Assembly: GCF_009914755.1 (NCBI RefSeq)
Contig: NC_060928.1
Reading direction: 5' to 3' (one strand)
From: the human T2T-CHM13v2.0 reference genome, Homo sapiens
DNA: 64,000 nt
Part shown: positions 1 to 15,084 of the stretch, piece after piece
Numbering within the stretch: the first letter of the stretch is position 1
How the letters are laid out: each line of letters opens with the position of its first letter
Position numbers and translations under genes: made by a program
The notes under the pieces: model-generated
Seen by the model: the letters and a program-made list of their open reading frames with translations, nothing else
Databases searched by the model: none
Told to the model about the DNA's origin: nothing

Positions 1-135
1 AATTTTTGTATTTTTAGTAGATACAGGGTTTTACCATGTTGGCCAGGCTGGTCTGGAACTTCTGACCTCAGGTGATATGCCTGTCTCAGCCTCCCTAAGT
101 ACTGGGATTACAGGTGTGAACCACCCCATCTGGCC
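1..135 (-). mobile_element. AluS-type SINE, left arm (cut by window edge)
   Basis: Reverse-complement Alu left arm ending ...gggattacaggtgtgaaccaccccatctggcc. Confidence 0.95.
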
Positions 136-217
136 AATATAAATGTATTTTAAAATACAGTAAAAAATAAAGGTCCACTCCAAACAACAAATAAATGTTG
201 GAACATAATTTAAAGGC

Positions 218-587
218 TGATACAGTTTGGCTGTGTCCCCACCCATATCTCTTCTTGAATTGTAACTCCCACAATTCCTACATGTAGTGGGAGGGACCCA
301 GTGGGAGGTGATTGAATTATGGGGGCAGGTCTTTCCTGTGCTGTTCTTGTGATAGTGAATGAGTCTCATGAGATCTGATGGTTTTAAAAACGGGATTTTC
401 CCTGCACAGGCTCTCTTTTTGCCTGCTGCTATCCATGTAAGATGTGACTTGCTCCTCCTTGCCCTCAGCCATGACTGTGAGGCCTCCCCAGCCAAGTGGA
501 ACTGTGAGTCCAATTAAATCTCTTTCTTTTGTAAATTACCCACTCTTGGGTATATCTTTATCAGCAGTATGAAAATGGACTAATACA
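218..587 (+). mobile_element. THE1 (THE1C-like) solo LTR, ERVL-MaLR
   Basis: Starts tgatacagtttggctgtgtcccc, ends ggactaataca; 5-bp TSD aaggc/aagac (1 mismatch). Confidence 0.93.
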
Positions 588-1159
588 AAGACCTGCACCC
601 ATGAAATTTTCTAATCAATGGCTTCATTTTGGGAGGGCTGACAGCATTCACATATGTGACAGTAACCAACCTACTCAGCTGTTTAAAATGAAGGGCAGTT
701 GGTATAATTGGAAACTAGCAAAATTCCACAAAATGATCAATTTTGTCAACAAATTAAATTTCATTTTCTGAATATTTCACTTTACAATTATGTTGCTAGC
801 TTGTTTTTAGTTAACTGTCTCTTGAAGCTGAGAGGAGACACATTCAGACAGCTAATTTCAATCATGAAAATGACAGAAGATGTATGGCCTGTACACTTTG
901 AATACTAAATCATTTTTCTAAGGAATAGATGCAAGGGCATTGCAACATATGTAATGCACTTTGAAACAGATATTTTCCAATCCAACACGTGGCTCTGAGG
1001 GAGAGGGCTCTAAGGGATGACTAACTTGTTTCTGTTCTCCCAGAATATAGTCCCTTGGTTTATCATGTCTGATTCCTTAAGGTACAGGCACCATCTGAGC
1101 TTTTATGTCCTACCTGTGTAGAGACCCATTTTGTTATGCATGTATGGGAGTGTCTAGAG

Positions 1160-1500
1160 CACATTAGTTAAGGTCATGCTACAACACATACATTTCTCAA
1201 ATCTTAGTGGCTTAAGTTTATTTCTTATTCTTGTAAAATCCAGGGTGTTATCCAAATGGTCATTCATGACACAGCCTCCTTCCATTTTTAGGCTTCTGGG
1301 TGCTTCATTAGTGCACTCCCCTGAATTCCTCTGCATTAAGTTGGAAGACGGAAAAAAAGAGAATGGACTATTGGAAGCTGCTTACAGGCTAAAGTTGGAA
1401 GTGGCATATGTCATTTCTGCTCATATTTTATTGGCCATAACTCAATCATATTTTGCAAATAACTATTAGGTGAAAAGGCAAACTGGTTTGGTTAACAAAA
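1160..1500 (-). mobile_element. Ancient ERVL/MaLR-type LTR remnant (LTR33/MLT1-like)
   Basis: aatcttagtggctta...tttatttctt and ggaagtggcatatgtcatttctgctcatattttattggcc resemble this group; very diverged, boundaries approximate. Confidence 0.5.
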
Positions 1501-1707
1501 GCAAGTCTGCTGAATGAGGAGACACCAAAACTTTTCATAGTCATACAACTTTACTATATAATCAAATTGCTATAACCTTCCCTTTGAAAACAAAGAACAC
1601 ACAAACTTCATTCATGTAACTACTTGCACGTTAAGTAACCCAACAGGTCATTTTATTATAGGTATAAAAGAGAAAGTGAGTACCTAGACATAATCGAAAA
1701 AACTGGG

Positions 1708-3628
1708 TGATACCATTTGGATATTTGTTCCCTCCAAATCTCATGATAAAATGTGACCCCCAGTGTTGGAGATGGGGTTAAGAGAGAGGTGTTGGGTTAT
1801 GAGGGTTGATGCCTCGTGGATAGTTTAATGCTTTCCCCTCAGTAAAGAGTTCACAGGAGACCTGGTTATATTTGGCTCCCCATGTGTCCGGAATTGGTGG
1901 GTTCTTGGTCTCACTGACTTCAAGAATGAAGCCGCAGACACTTGTGGTGAGTGTCACAGTTCTTAAATGCGGCATGTCCAGAGTTTGTTTCTTCTGATGT
2001 TTGGGTGTGTTGGGAGTTTCTTCCTTCTGGTGGGTTCGTGTCCTCGCTGGCTCAGGAGTGAAGCTACACACCTTCGCGGTGAGTGTTATAGCTCTTAAGG
2101 CGGCGCATCTGGAGTTGTTCATTCCTCCCGGTGGGTTCGTGGTCTCGCTGGCTTCAGGGGTGAAGCTGCAGACCTTTGCGGTGAGTGTTACAGCTCATAA
2201 AGGCAGTGTGGACCCAAAGAGTGAGCAGCAGCAAGATTTATAGCAAAGAGCAAAAGAACAAAGCTTCCACAGTGTGGAAGGGGACCCGAGCGGCTTGCCA
2301 CTGCTGGCTGCGGCAGCCTGCTTTTTTTCTCTTATCTGGCCCCACCCACATCCTGCTGATTGGTCCATTTTACAGAGAGCCAATTGGTCTGTTTTACAGA
2401 GAGCTGATTGATCCGTTTTGACAGGGAGCTGATTGGTGCATTTACAATCCCTGAGCTAGACGCAGAAGTTCTCCATGTCCCCACTAGATTAGCTAGATAC
2501 AGAGTGTCGATTGGTGTATTTACAAACTCTGAGCTAGACACAGAGTGCTGATTGGTGCATTTACAAACCTCGAGCTAGATACAGAGTGCCGATTGGTGCA
2601 TTCACAAACCCTGAGCTAGACACAGGGTGCTGATTGGTGCATTCACAATCCCTTAGGTCGACATAAAGGTTCTCCAAGTCCCCACCAGATCAGCTAGATA
2701 CAGAGTGCTGATTGGTGTATTCACAAACCCTGAGCTAGACAGAGTGCTGATTGGTGCATTTACAATCCCTTAGCTAGACATAAAGATTTTCCATGTCCCC
2801 ACCAGACTCAGAAGCCCAGCTGGCTTCACCCAGTGGATCCCGCACCGGGGCCACAGGTGGAGCTGCCTGCCAGTCCCGTGCTGTGCGCCCACACTCCTCA
2901 GCCCTTGGGCGGTTGATGGGACCAGGCACTGTGGAGCAGGGGGCAGCGCTCATCAGGGAGGCTCGGGCCATACAGGAGCCCACGGCGGGGGATTGGGGAG
3001 GCTCAGGCATGGTGGGCTGCAGGTCCTGAGCCCTGCCCCATGGGGAGGCAGCTAAGGCCTGGCAAGAAATTGAGCGTGGTGCTGGTGGGCCAGCACTGCT
3101 GGGGGACCTGGCACACCCTCCGCAGCTGCTGGCCTGGGTGCTAAGCCCATCACTGGCGGGGGCCGGTGGGGCCCACCAGCTGCTCTGAGTGCGGGGCCCG
3201 CTGATCCCATGCCCACCCGGAACTCATGCTGGCCCTCAAGCGCCATGCACAGCCCTGGTTCCCATCTGTGCCTCTCCCTGCACACCTACCGCAAGCTGAG
3301 GGAGCTGGCTCCAGACTTGGCCAGCCCAGAAAGGGGTTCCCACAGTGCAGCGGCAGTCTGAAGGGCTCCTCAAGCGTGGCCAGAGTGGGCACCAAGGCTG
3401 AGGAGGTGCTGAGAGTGAGCAAGGGCTGCAAGGGCTGCCAGCACGCTGTCACCTCTCACCCCTTTGCCTTCTGCCATGATTGTAAGTTCCTGAGGACTCA
3501 CCAGAAGGTGATGCTAGCACAACACTTCTTAAACAGCCTGCAGAACCATGAGCCAAATAAACCTCCTTTTCTTTATAAATTATCCAGTCCAGATAGTCCT
3601 TTATAATGATGCAAAACAGACTAACATA
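1708..3628 (+). mobile_element. MST (MSTB-like) solo LTR, split by LTR12 into 1708-1882 and 3459-3628
   Basis: MST 5' and 3' halves; perfect TSD ctggg at 1703-1707 and 3629-3633. Confidence 0.9.
1883..3458 (-). mobile_element. LTR12-family (HERV9; LTR12C/D/E-like) full-length solo LTR
   Basis: Minus strand begins tgagaggtgacagcgtgctggcag and ends accaattccggacaca; tandem gattggtg (CCAAT) units at 2350-2770; 4-bp flanks ccca/cccc. Confidence 0.96.
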
Positions 3629-4163
3629 CTGGGCATAAAAAATTTTAATGGATCAGTATAATACTATTTTAGTTGTGTTGAATTTTGAGCTGAAGAAGGC
3701 AGCTGTTCAGTATTTTTACAAACATTTTTGTCAAAGTTATGGAAATTAGCCATCCCTTTCAATCTTTCTAATTTGAAGCAATCACTGTGTTCTGCAGAAT
3801 ACATTCTCAGAGAATGGTTAAATCATTATCTCCCTTGGGATCTCTGGTTCCAAGCCTTTGAAAAAGGAGAAATCTTCCAGTTTTACAAAAGTTAATTGCC
3901 AGTGACTGGTCTACACTGACATGGTTAGGAATGCAAAATGGGGCATACCTGGGATCTCCTAACCATCCCAACTTAATCATTATTTTTATTACTTGTTTCC
4001 CTGTGAATTCTGTGTTACTAAAGCTGAACTGCTACATCATCAATTTTATTTTATAAATTGTTAAATTTCCCTATTATCAATAATGTCATTTTTAGTTCGA
4101 TTAGCTGAGTTTTCTTTGCCTCAACATGTTCCAGCTTCAGAATTATTTGCTCTTTTTTCACAG

Positions 4164-4231
4164 AGGAAATGTCTTTTGAAAGCTTCACTGACGCCAAGCA
4201 GATTTCTTCCAACAATTTCTTGCTTCTTGTG
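4164..4231 (+). other. Candidate 68-nt exon (unverified)
   Basis: Acceptor ttgctcttttttcacag| and donor gtg|gtaagt, both near consensus, in non-repeat DNA. Confidence 0.35.
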
Positions 4232-6219
4232 GTAAGTTTGTTTCAGAGAAAAATGAATATTCTGAGACCCTCTATCCTATTCATATTTTTAATAATATAT
4301 AATTTTTTCATAGTCTTTTGTATTGTTTGATTCTATTTATATTTTTACTCATCTTTCCAAAGAGATATATATGTGTGTGTATATATACATATATATAAAA
4401 TGCCTTTTCTATTTTACTATTTTATTTTTTTTGCTTATCTCTTCTGTAGTTCTCTTAAAATTATTAATTTAATATTACAGAAAGGCTATCATTTTAAAAA
4501 CAAGATCATTTACTCTTCCAAAAATATCAAAATAATTATGCTTCCCATGCAGTGTTCACATATTGAATTCTCAACTTTGTTTTTAGGTGACAAGAAGTTT
4601 ATATTATTTTGTTATAATAGTAGAATGAAAATTTATGCATTTTTACTAGTTCTGGTTTAGAATATGTTAATACATAAGAAGATTATAGACATAAGAATTA
4701 TTCTACTGAATAATTAAAACATTGTCTTAAAAGTTGACTGGCAATTCTCTCCCACATTCTGAATTTTCATCTTTCTATTCTTTATTCATGAACAAGTTTT
4801 GCATATTACATAATATATTATAGAGGAAAAGAATTAAAAATACGAAAGTAAAAATCATCCCATACGGTTTTATTTTTTTTCTTTTTTTAAAAAAAGAATA
4901 CATGCAAGGGTGTTGCAACATATGTAATGCACTTCAAATACTCCTGGTTGTCTGAGTTTTCTGCAACCACAACTATATTTTGCATGGTTTATATGACGTA
5001 TAAAAAGGTAATTTCCAAAAGAAATACTATAGGGATGATAGAAACCTTGGGGATCATGTAGCTAGAGCTTAACTACATCACATAAATACCTATAGAAAAA
5101 CATAGGTTTCAGGACCTATTTCAGAATACAGGCAGTACTAGGTGGAGAGTTGTTAGATGTTAGAAAATTGTGTTATTCTACCACCTCACTTGGTGATTGC
5201 GAAGTGTCCTCTATGTTTGACATCTACTGATCTAGTACATCAACTGCTTCATTTTGGAGCCATAGAACAAAGAACTAGGTGATTAACTAGTTAGTTTAGG
5301 GTTATGTAATTAGGAGATGAGCTCAAAGTCTCCTCTCCATCAACCACCAGTTCTGTGCTGTTTTCCCAATTCAATTCAATTCAAATCATCCAATTCAATG
5401 GAAGAGCAAGTATTTATTGGCCATTTTGGGGGGTTTTATTGCTCCAATCTTGAATGATTAATTTTAGGCACATTAATGGAGATATTTTAGATACACTTTT
5501 CTTAAATCAGAACACATTGAAAATTTCAGGAGTACTTGAATCTTTTAGAATTATGTTAGTTTTAGATTGCTTGCATAAATCCACTTTCATCATTGAAGTT
5601 TCCATAGCTTTTGTTAAAATTTCAAAGAGGGTATGCTCCTCTAGAAACATTAAATACTATTGATAAATCCTTATCTCCAACTAATTTGTTTTACAAGACC
5701 ATGTTAGAAGTAGAGCATTAATGCCAAAAGTTTTGGGACATGATATTTGAATTTACCCATCTTCCTCAAATATGTAGGATATTGAAGATAATTCAGTATA
5801 TTGCCACAATTTAATCATTTTTTCTTTTTTTTCCTATTTGCACATAAAAGTTATACAAAGTAAAACATATTGAATATTCCTTTTATGATTTTTATTTTCT
5901 ACTTTTAGCATTTCAGAGAAATGAAGAGTAAGAAAAAAGTCAAGGGAATAACACATATGCATAATAACATCATTCACTTTGTTTCAGCATGCCTAGTATT
6001 TGGAAAGTAATTGCATTCTCTGGTTAGAGAATGAGACTCTAAAGTAAAAAAGAAAGGCTTTTCATCAGATGTCTTTATTCAGCATTATATTTTATATGGA
6101 TGCATCAGTAGTACACGCTTAGAAAGAATGCAATGAATATATATACATACTGCTTTTGTAACAGGAAACATTTTCTGAAAAAAACAAATATTATATAAGA
6201 ACGTATTTTTTATCTCTAG

Positions 6220-6369
6220 ATGTTAGAAGAGCAATTATGTTCCTGTGAGCAGCTGATGGAGGACATTATCAACATGGAAGTACTTCTTTGTGAGAGAACT
6301 GTCAGCTTACGTTTATATTAATAGATATTACCTTTGGACTATATCTGTGGGAAAAGAAAAGCTATTTCA
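6220..6369 (+). other. Candidate 150-nt exon (unverified)
   Basis: Acceptor ttttttatctctag| and donor tca|gtaagt. Confidence 0.25.
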
Positions 6370-7899
6370 GTAAGTGGTATCTCTATTTTACTTCTCCACC
6401 TAAGTCAAAATATTCTTTCAGATGGCTTCTCTAGTTAAATTACTTCTAATAAAAAAGATATAAAATTTCACAAAATACTCTTTTTTTCTAACCAAATTAA
6501 CTAAATCTCATTGATATCAAGTAGTTCATATTATGTCATAATTCTGGCTTCTGTATTTATTGTCCTTTTGACTCTGCTGAAGATTTGAGTACTTAAAGGC
6601 ATATATAGAAGTATATATTCTGCAATTGTTTAGACATTACATCATGATAATAGTGAGTCTAATAAGATAAAATGTTACGACAGAGCAAAAAAGAAATAGA
6701 AATCAAATAACCTGTTAAAACTTTCACAATATAATTTAATACACTATTTTCTCCACTGACAAGTATTTTGAGAATAAAAATATTTTATAACAAATTTAGT
6801 TATAAAATAAACTTGTAACACATTAGAGGCTCTACTAGATATTATCTTAGCAGAAATACCTTTTTTTTCACTAAGCTTCAGGTACGTGAGACTACCTATA
6901 TGAAAATATTTTATGTTGATGTCCATTATGACTAGGAAAAGTTGAAGAAAATGTGGCTTGACCCAAGGGCAAACCTGTGAACTGCACAGAATTTTTTCTG
7001 GCTATATCACTTTTACTACATGACATGTTTTTTTTTGTTTTTTTTTTATTCAGATGGTTACTCTTTCCCCATTTTCAATCATCCAATACTCTTCTATTAT
7101 CTAGCTTGTTCTTTCTTCATGCAAACATAATTAGAGCTGATAACAGCTATTTGAACATGTTAACTCACTCATTTTCTTTAGAGTTGGTGTAGTAGCTCAG
7201 CCAAGCATTAAACTTATCTCTAATTGTAGAAAAAAATTGTTTTTAATTAAAGTTAATTAAAGTAGGGAGACTCCAAATGATATTATATTTACTGAAATGC
7301 AGAATAATTCTGAATGCAACTCTGGTAGCTTTTTGAGGGTCTTCAGTGGTAATAATACGAGAGTGTAGAAACAGAAAAGATAGAATTGGGTCTTTGTGTC
7401 CATCTGTAATGATAAAGTTAGACAGGGGGCTAGTCTGGCTTTGCCTGCTGAAGGCTTATTTAACAGAGGGCTTCGAATGGAAGTGAGCATGCCTGGAATA
7501 CTAAAGCATTTCTAAGGGCTTATTTTTGTGTGACACCATGTAAAAATAGTTAAATAATGAAACATACAACCATAACATATTCTTAGTTTCTAATGTGACA
7601 ATGGTAATTCTCAAAAAATAAATCTGCAAGTAAGTTTAATAAATATATTTCCTTAAAAGGGTGTGTGCTTTTTATAGAATTATGAGTAAATAGTTACATG
7701 GCAGGATACCTCATGTCTAGGAGATATTCTTTCTTAATTGTAACTATTCATTGAAGGTATAGGATTTCATAAATTGAGAGTTGAAAGGAAAGGAGCTTGA
7801 CAAACTGGTAAAGAAATTCAGACATGGCAAAGAATAACTTGTTGCAGTCCATGCAACAAATAAAATCTATAGAATTTATTTCGGCTTAAACCTATTTAA

Positions 7900-9990
<2,091 letters not shown>

Positions 9991-10183
9991 TGTACTACAT
10001 ATTGATAACTAATAAAGATTATAAGTAAAGTCAATGGACTATTTCTCTCTGCCATAACAAGATATATAATAGAAGCAAAAGTATAATTTGTGAGATGAAA
10101 TTAAAATTGACATTATTGTACACATTGTTTTTCTATACAATCTACTGATGAATTAACTATTCTAAATTATGAATGTTCTAGAC

Positions 10184-10502
10184 CAGCACTGTCTAATAGA
10201 ACTATAATTTGAGCCACAAAAGTAATTTTATTTTTCTAACGACCACATAAGAAGTAAAAATAAACAGACAAAAATAATCTTAATAGTATATTTTATTTTA
10301 TCCAGTAAACCTTAAATATTATCATTTTGGCATGTAATAAATACACAATATTATTAATGAGATATTTTACACTTTTTTCTAAAACTGTCTTCAAAATCTG
10401 GTATTCATTTTAGACTTACAGCACATTGCAGTTTGCAATAGCCATATTCCAAGTGCCAAATAGTCACATGTGGCTAGTGGCTACCATCATGGACAGCAAT
10501 AG
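10184..10502. mobile_element. MER33 (hAT-Charlie) non-autonomous DNA transposon
   Basis: Termini cagcactgtctaataga ... cacatgtggctagtggctaccatcatggacagc. Confidence 0.88.
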
Positions 10503-11332
10503 TCTATGGCATGAATAAACTGATGGCATCTATATGAATTTGATCTACTACTCTAATAAGCAGGTTAATGATATATCAGATATTAAACTTTATATTTTAT
10601 TACTTTAGCAAATAATTTTCTGTTTAGAATCTAGTTCCCTAGGAATTAATATAATCTCAGTAGTTTCCTCCTGAAATACAAAGCCAATTAATGGTGTGGA
10701 TACTGAAAAGAAAAGGAATCTTTTTCTGGGAAATAATAACATCCAATTTTTCAAATCCAGTCTTATCTTACAAAAACCTTGAAGTCTAAGCCACTGTTAC
10801 AGTCCTTATTATATATTCAGTGTGTAACCCATAGTTCAATATATATTAACTTTTCATATAAACATGCCAACTTTTAATTCAAAACTGCTTGATAATGCAA
10901 TTTAACTAAAAAAGTCTACATGCTAAAATAAGATATAATCCTACAACAACTGACTAAAGCATAACATTACAGAAATTTATTTGTATTAAAAAGATAGGTT
11001 AATTAAAAAGCAACTCACCTGATTAAGGTAACTATTTTATCTTGTTATTAAAGGCAAATGAAAAACAGACTTTATAAAAATGTAAGGATCATGTACTGGC
11101 TATTCTTGACCAGATTAGAACTTATCTCTAGAGGAACACAGATTGTCTTCTATTATAATCTGTTAATTACACCTTGGAGCCATAAACACAACCAGTTTCT
11201 AGAAGAGCGATACAAATATATTGCTTTGAGGACAGAAAAATATATTCTGACCAACAGATTGTGTATGGCAGTTAACTTATGGATTATAAAAATGTAGTAA
11301 CCATATAACTTAGGGAGGACAGGTATACTCAC

Positions 11333-13544
11333 TGATATGGTTTGGCTCTGTGTTCTCACCCAAATCTCATCTCAAATTGCAATTCCCATGTATCAAGGGA
11401 GGGACCAGGTGGGAGGTGATTGGATGATGGGTACGGTTTCCCCTGTGCTGTTCTCATGACATTGACTAAGTTCTCATGAGATCTGATGGTTTTATAAGTG
11501 TTGGCAGTACCTCTTCCCTCTGTCTTTTCTGCCACATTGTGAAGAAGGTACTGGCTTCTCCTTCGCCTTCCACCATGATTGTAAGTTTCCCAAGGCCTCC
11601 CCAGCCATGCTGAACTGTGAATCAGTTAAACCTCTTTCCTTTATAAATTACCCAGTCTCAGGTATTTCTTCATAGCAGCATGAGACTGGGCAGGAAATTG
11701 GTACAAGAAGTGGGGTACTGCTATAAAGATAACATGAAAATGTGGAAGCAACTTTGGAACTGGGTAACAGGCAGAGGTTGGAGCAGTTTGGAGGGCTCAG
11801 AAGAAGATAGGAAGATGAGGAAAAGTTTGGAACTTCCTAGAGACTTGTTAAATGGTTTTGACCAAAATGCTGATAGTGATGTGGACAATGAAGTTTAGGC
11901 TGAAGTGGTCTCATATGGAGACGAGGAACTCATTGGGAACTGGAGTAAAGATTACTCTTGCTATGCTTTAGCAAAGTGACTGGCAGAATTTTGCTCCTGC
12001 CCTGGAAATCTGTGGAGCATTGAACTTGAGAGAGATGATCTGAAATTGGAACTTACATTTAAAAGGCACGTGGAGCATAAAAGTTTGAAAAATTTGCAGC
12101 CTTACCATGTAGTAGAAAAGAAAAATCTATTTTCTGGGGAGAAATTCAAGCCATCTGCAGAAATTTGCATAAGTAATAAGGAGCCAAATGTTAATTGCCA
12201 AGAAAATTGGCAAAATGTCTCCATGGCATGTCAGAGACCTTAGTGGCAGCCCCTCCTATCACAGGCCTAGAGGCCTAGGAGGGAAAAATGGTTCTGTGGG
12301 CTGGGACCAAGTCTTCCACTGCTCTGTGCAGCCTCAGTATATGGTGTCCTATGACCCAGATGCTTCAGCTCCAGCCTTGGCTAAAACGGGCAAGGTATGG
12401 TTCAAACTGTTGCTTCAGAGGGTGCAAGCTCCAAGATTTGGTGGTTTACATGTAGTGTTGGGCCTGAGGGTGCATACAAGTCAGGAATTGCAGTTTGGGA
12501 ACCTCTGCCTAGATTTCAGAGGATGTATGGAAATGCCTGGATGTCCAGGCAGAAGTCTTTCGCAGGGTCAGAGCCCTTTTAGAGAATCTCTGCTAGAGCA
12601 GTGTGGAAGGGAAATGTAGGGTTGGAGCCCCCTCACAGAGTCCCCACTGGTGCATCTCCTAGTGGAGCTGTGAGAAGAAAGCCACCCTTATCCAGACCCA
12701 AGAATAGTAGGTCTACTGACAGCTTGCACCCTGCAGCTGGGAAAGCTGCAGGCACTCAACACCAGCCAGTGAAAGAACTGCCCAAGGCTGTGGGAGCCCC
12801 CTCCCCATTTCATCAGCATGCCCTGGATGTGAGACATGGAGTCAAAGGAGATTATTTTGGAACTTTAGGATTTAATCTCTGCCCTGTTGGCTTTCAGACT
12901 CACATGGGGCTTATAGCCCCTTGGTTTTGGCCAATTTCTCCCATTTGAAATGGGAGCATTTATCCAGTGCTTGTCCCCATATTGTATCTTGGAAGTAACT
13001 AACTTGCTTTTGATTTCACAAGCTCATAGGTGGAAGGGACTTACCTTGTCTCAAATGAGACTTTGGACTATGGGCTTTTGAGCTAATGCTGAAGTAAGTG
13101 TTTGGGGGACTGTTGGGAAGGCATGATTTGTTCTGAAATGTAAAAAGGACATAAGATTTGGGAGGGTCCAGGGACAGAATGATATGGTTTGGCTCTGTGT
13201 CCCCACCGAAATCTCATCTCAAATTGTAATCCCCACATGTCAAAGGAGGGACCTGATGGGAGGTAATTGGATCATGGGGGTGTTTTCCCCCATGCTGTTC
13301 TCATGATAGTGACTGAGTTCTCATGACATCTGATGATTTTATAAGTGTTTGGCAGTTCCTCTTCCCTCTCTCTTTTCTCCCACCTTGTGAAGAAGGTACT
13401 TGCTTCTCATATGCCTTCCACCATGATTGGAAGTTTCCTGAGACCTCCCCAGTCATGTGAAACTGAGTCAATTAAACCTCTTTCCTTTATAAATTACCCA
13501 GTCTTGTGTATTTCTTTATATCAGTGTGAGAACGAACTGATACA
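11333..13544 (+). mobile_element. Complete THE1D/MSTA-type MaLR element (LTR 11333-~11690, internal, LTR 13180-13544)
   Basis: Two similar LTRs starting tgatatggtttggctctgtg; MaLR internal tggaactgggtaacaggcagaggttgg; purine tract before 3' LTR; perfect TSD ctcac. Confidence 0.95.
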
Positions 13545-15084
13545 CTCACCATTTAGTAGATTATATTTTGCCTCCTTGGTGTTTTTGTTTGGCTTTTTGT
13601 TCTAGAGTAGGAGTGATTTCTCTATCAATCAAGAAAGAATTTGGCAGAGTTACATTAAATGTTCTCTTCAGAACAGTATGCCTTAAAAATGGACTGAGCT
13701 GAGGATATTAAAAAAAGAATAGCATATTTTAATTGTATCATTTATAAACTTTGAAATATTATTTTACATTAATTAATAATGAACTCATTAACATAAACTA
13801 ACTTACCAATGCCATTTATTGATATCTTACATGTTTGGATTCCTAGGGCTAACATATATAAATATAATTTAAACTATACAAAAGTAAAAAATAAAATAAA
13901 ATATATAAAAGTTACAAGTCATGAACTTAATGCATATTAAATATTCTTCTAAAAGTCATATATATTTGGTAGAGGCAAAAACCTTTGATGAAATCTAAAA
14001 TTTCTTTTAAAAAAAGCAATATGTACATTTTTGCATGTATTAATATCAAATAATTTTTGTTCCCAAAATAAATTTTGCTTCCAATGAAAGCAGATATTGA
14101 CTTTCCAGATGTGCCTTCTCTCAGCATTTATCCTTTCAACAAATGTTTGTTAAATGCATATTATCTGCCTATTTTCCTACTATTAACAGGCAGTAACAAG
14201 ATAAAGACAATTTCCATTCACCATTCAACATATCAATGAAAACATCAAGAAAGACAAAACTTCAAAGGAACTTTTAAAAGTAAAACAAACTCTGATTTCC
14301 ATTGCTGTGAGGAATGTCCAACAAATTTTTTGCAAAAAGGAGCTGATTAAAGAACGAAATTAATGGAAGTCACTCAATCAGTATTCATTTGAGTGCCTCC
14401 TATGTGATATGTATTAGTCCTAACATAGCTATATCAATGATCCTCTTTTTTTAATCTTCCCCTCCACAAGAATGCCATATAATAGGATAGATTAAAAAGT
14501 TAGAAATTGAGATGCATAGTTAGTAAGTACAAGTTGAGAATACTGCATTCTTAGATTTATAGTTTTTCATTGACTGTCTTCATGTAATAGAATGAGAGTT
14601 ACAGGTTTAAAGTCAGCTTCATGTATTTCCATGATCAGAGTGAGAGCACACAGCCAGGGCAATCCACATATCCTATTGTTTTGATTTTGCATAGATGTCT
14701 TCTTTTAACAGCATAAACAAACAGAAACACAATTCCAATGCAAACAATGTAGCCTAAAGGAAAGTAACATTAATTTGAAGATATATTGTAAAAAGTCACC
14801 AATACTTATTTATAATATGAACAAAAATTAGTTTCAGAAAAAATATAAAATTGGAACTGAATAAAGTTTGTGGGGTAATCCTTCAATCATTAAAAAGTCT
14901 AAAGAGAGCCTTTCGAATAACTATTGAACTAAAGAGAATTATACATATAAGTCCGATTGCTTAGAAAAATAATAAAAAATAAAAAATCAACATTCATAGA
15001 ATTACCCCCAAGCTTCAGTCATAATCCAAAATATTTCATGATTTATAGAAGAAAAACTGGGAAACTTCCACTTATTCCCTCCTT

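Noticed and set aside
483-495. PRDM9-A hotspot motif (CCTCCCTAGCCAC) in THE1 LTRs
   Set aside because: All four THE1-type LTRs lack the key T (cctccccagccaa, cctccccagccat, cctccccagtcat, cctccacacccat)
2350-2780. CRISPR-like regularly spaced repeats
   Set aside because: Normal LTR12 U3 tandem units; no unique spacers; human DNA
1778-3606. Cluster of 60-126 aa ORFs
   Set aside because: All within LTR12/MST; stop-poor GC-rich repeat
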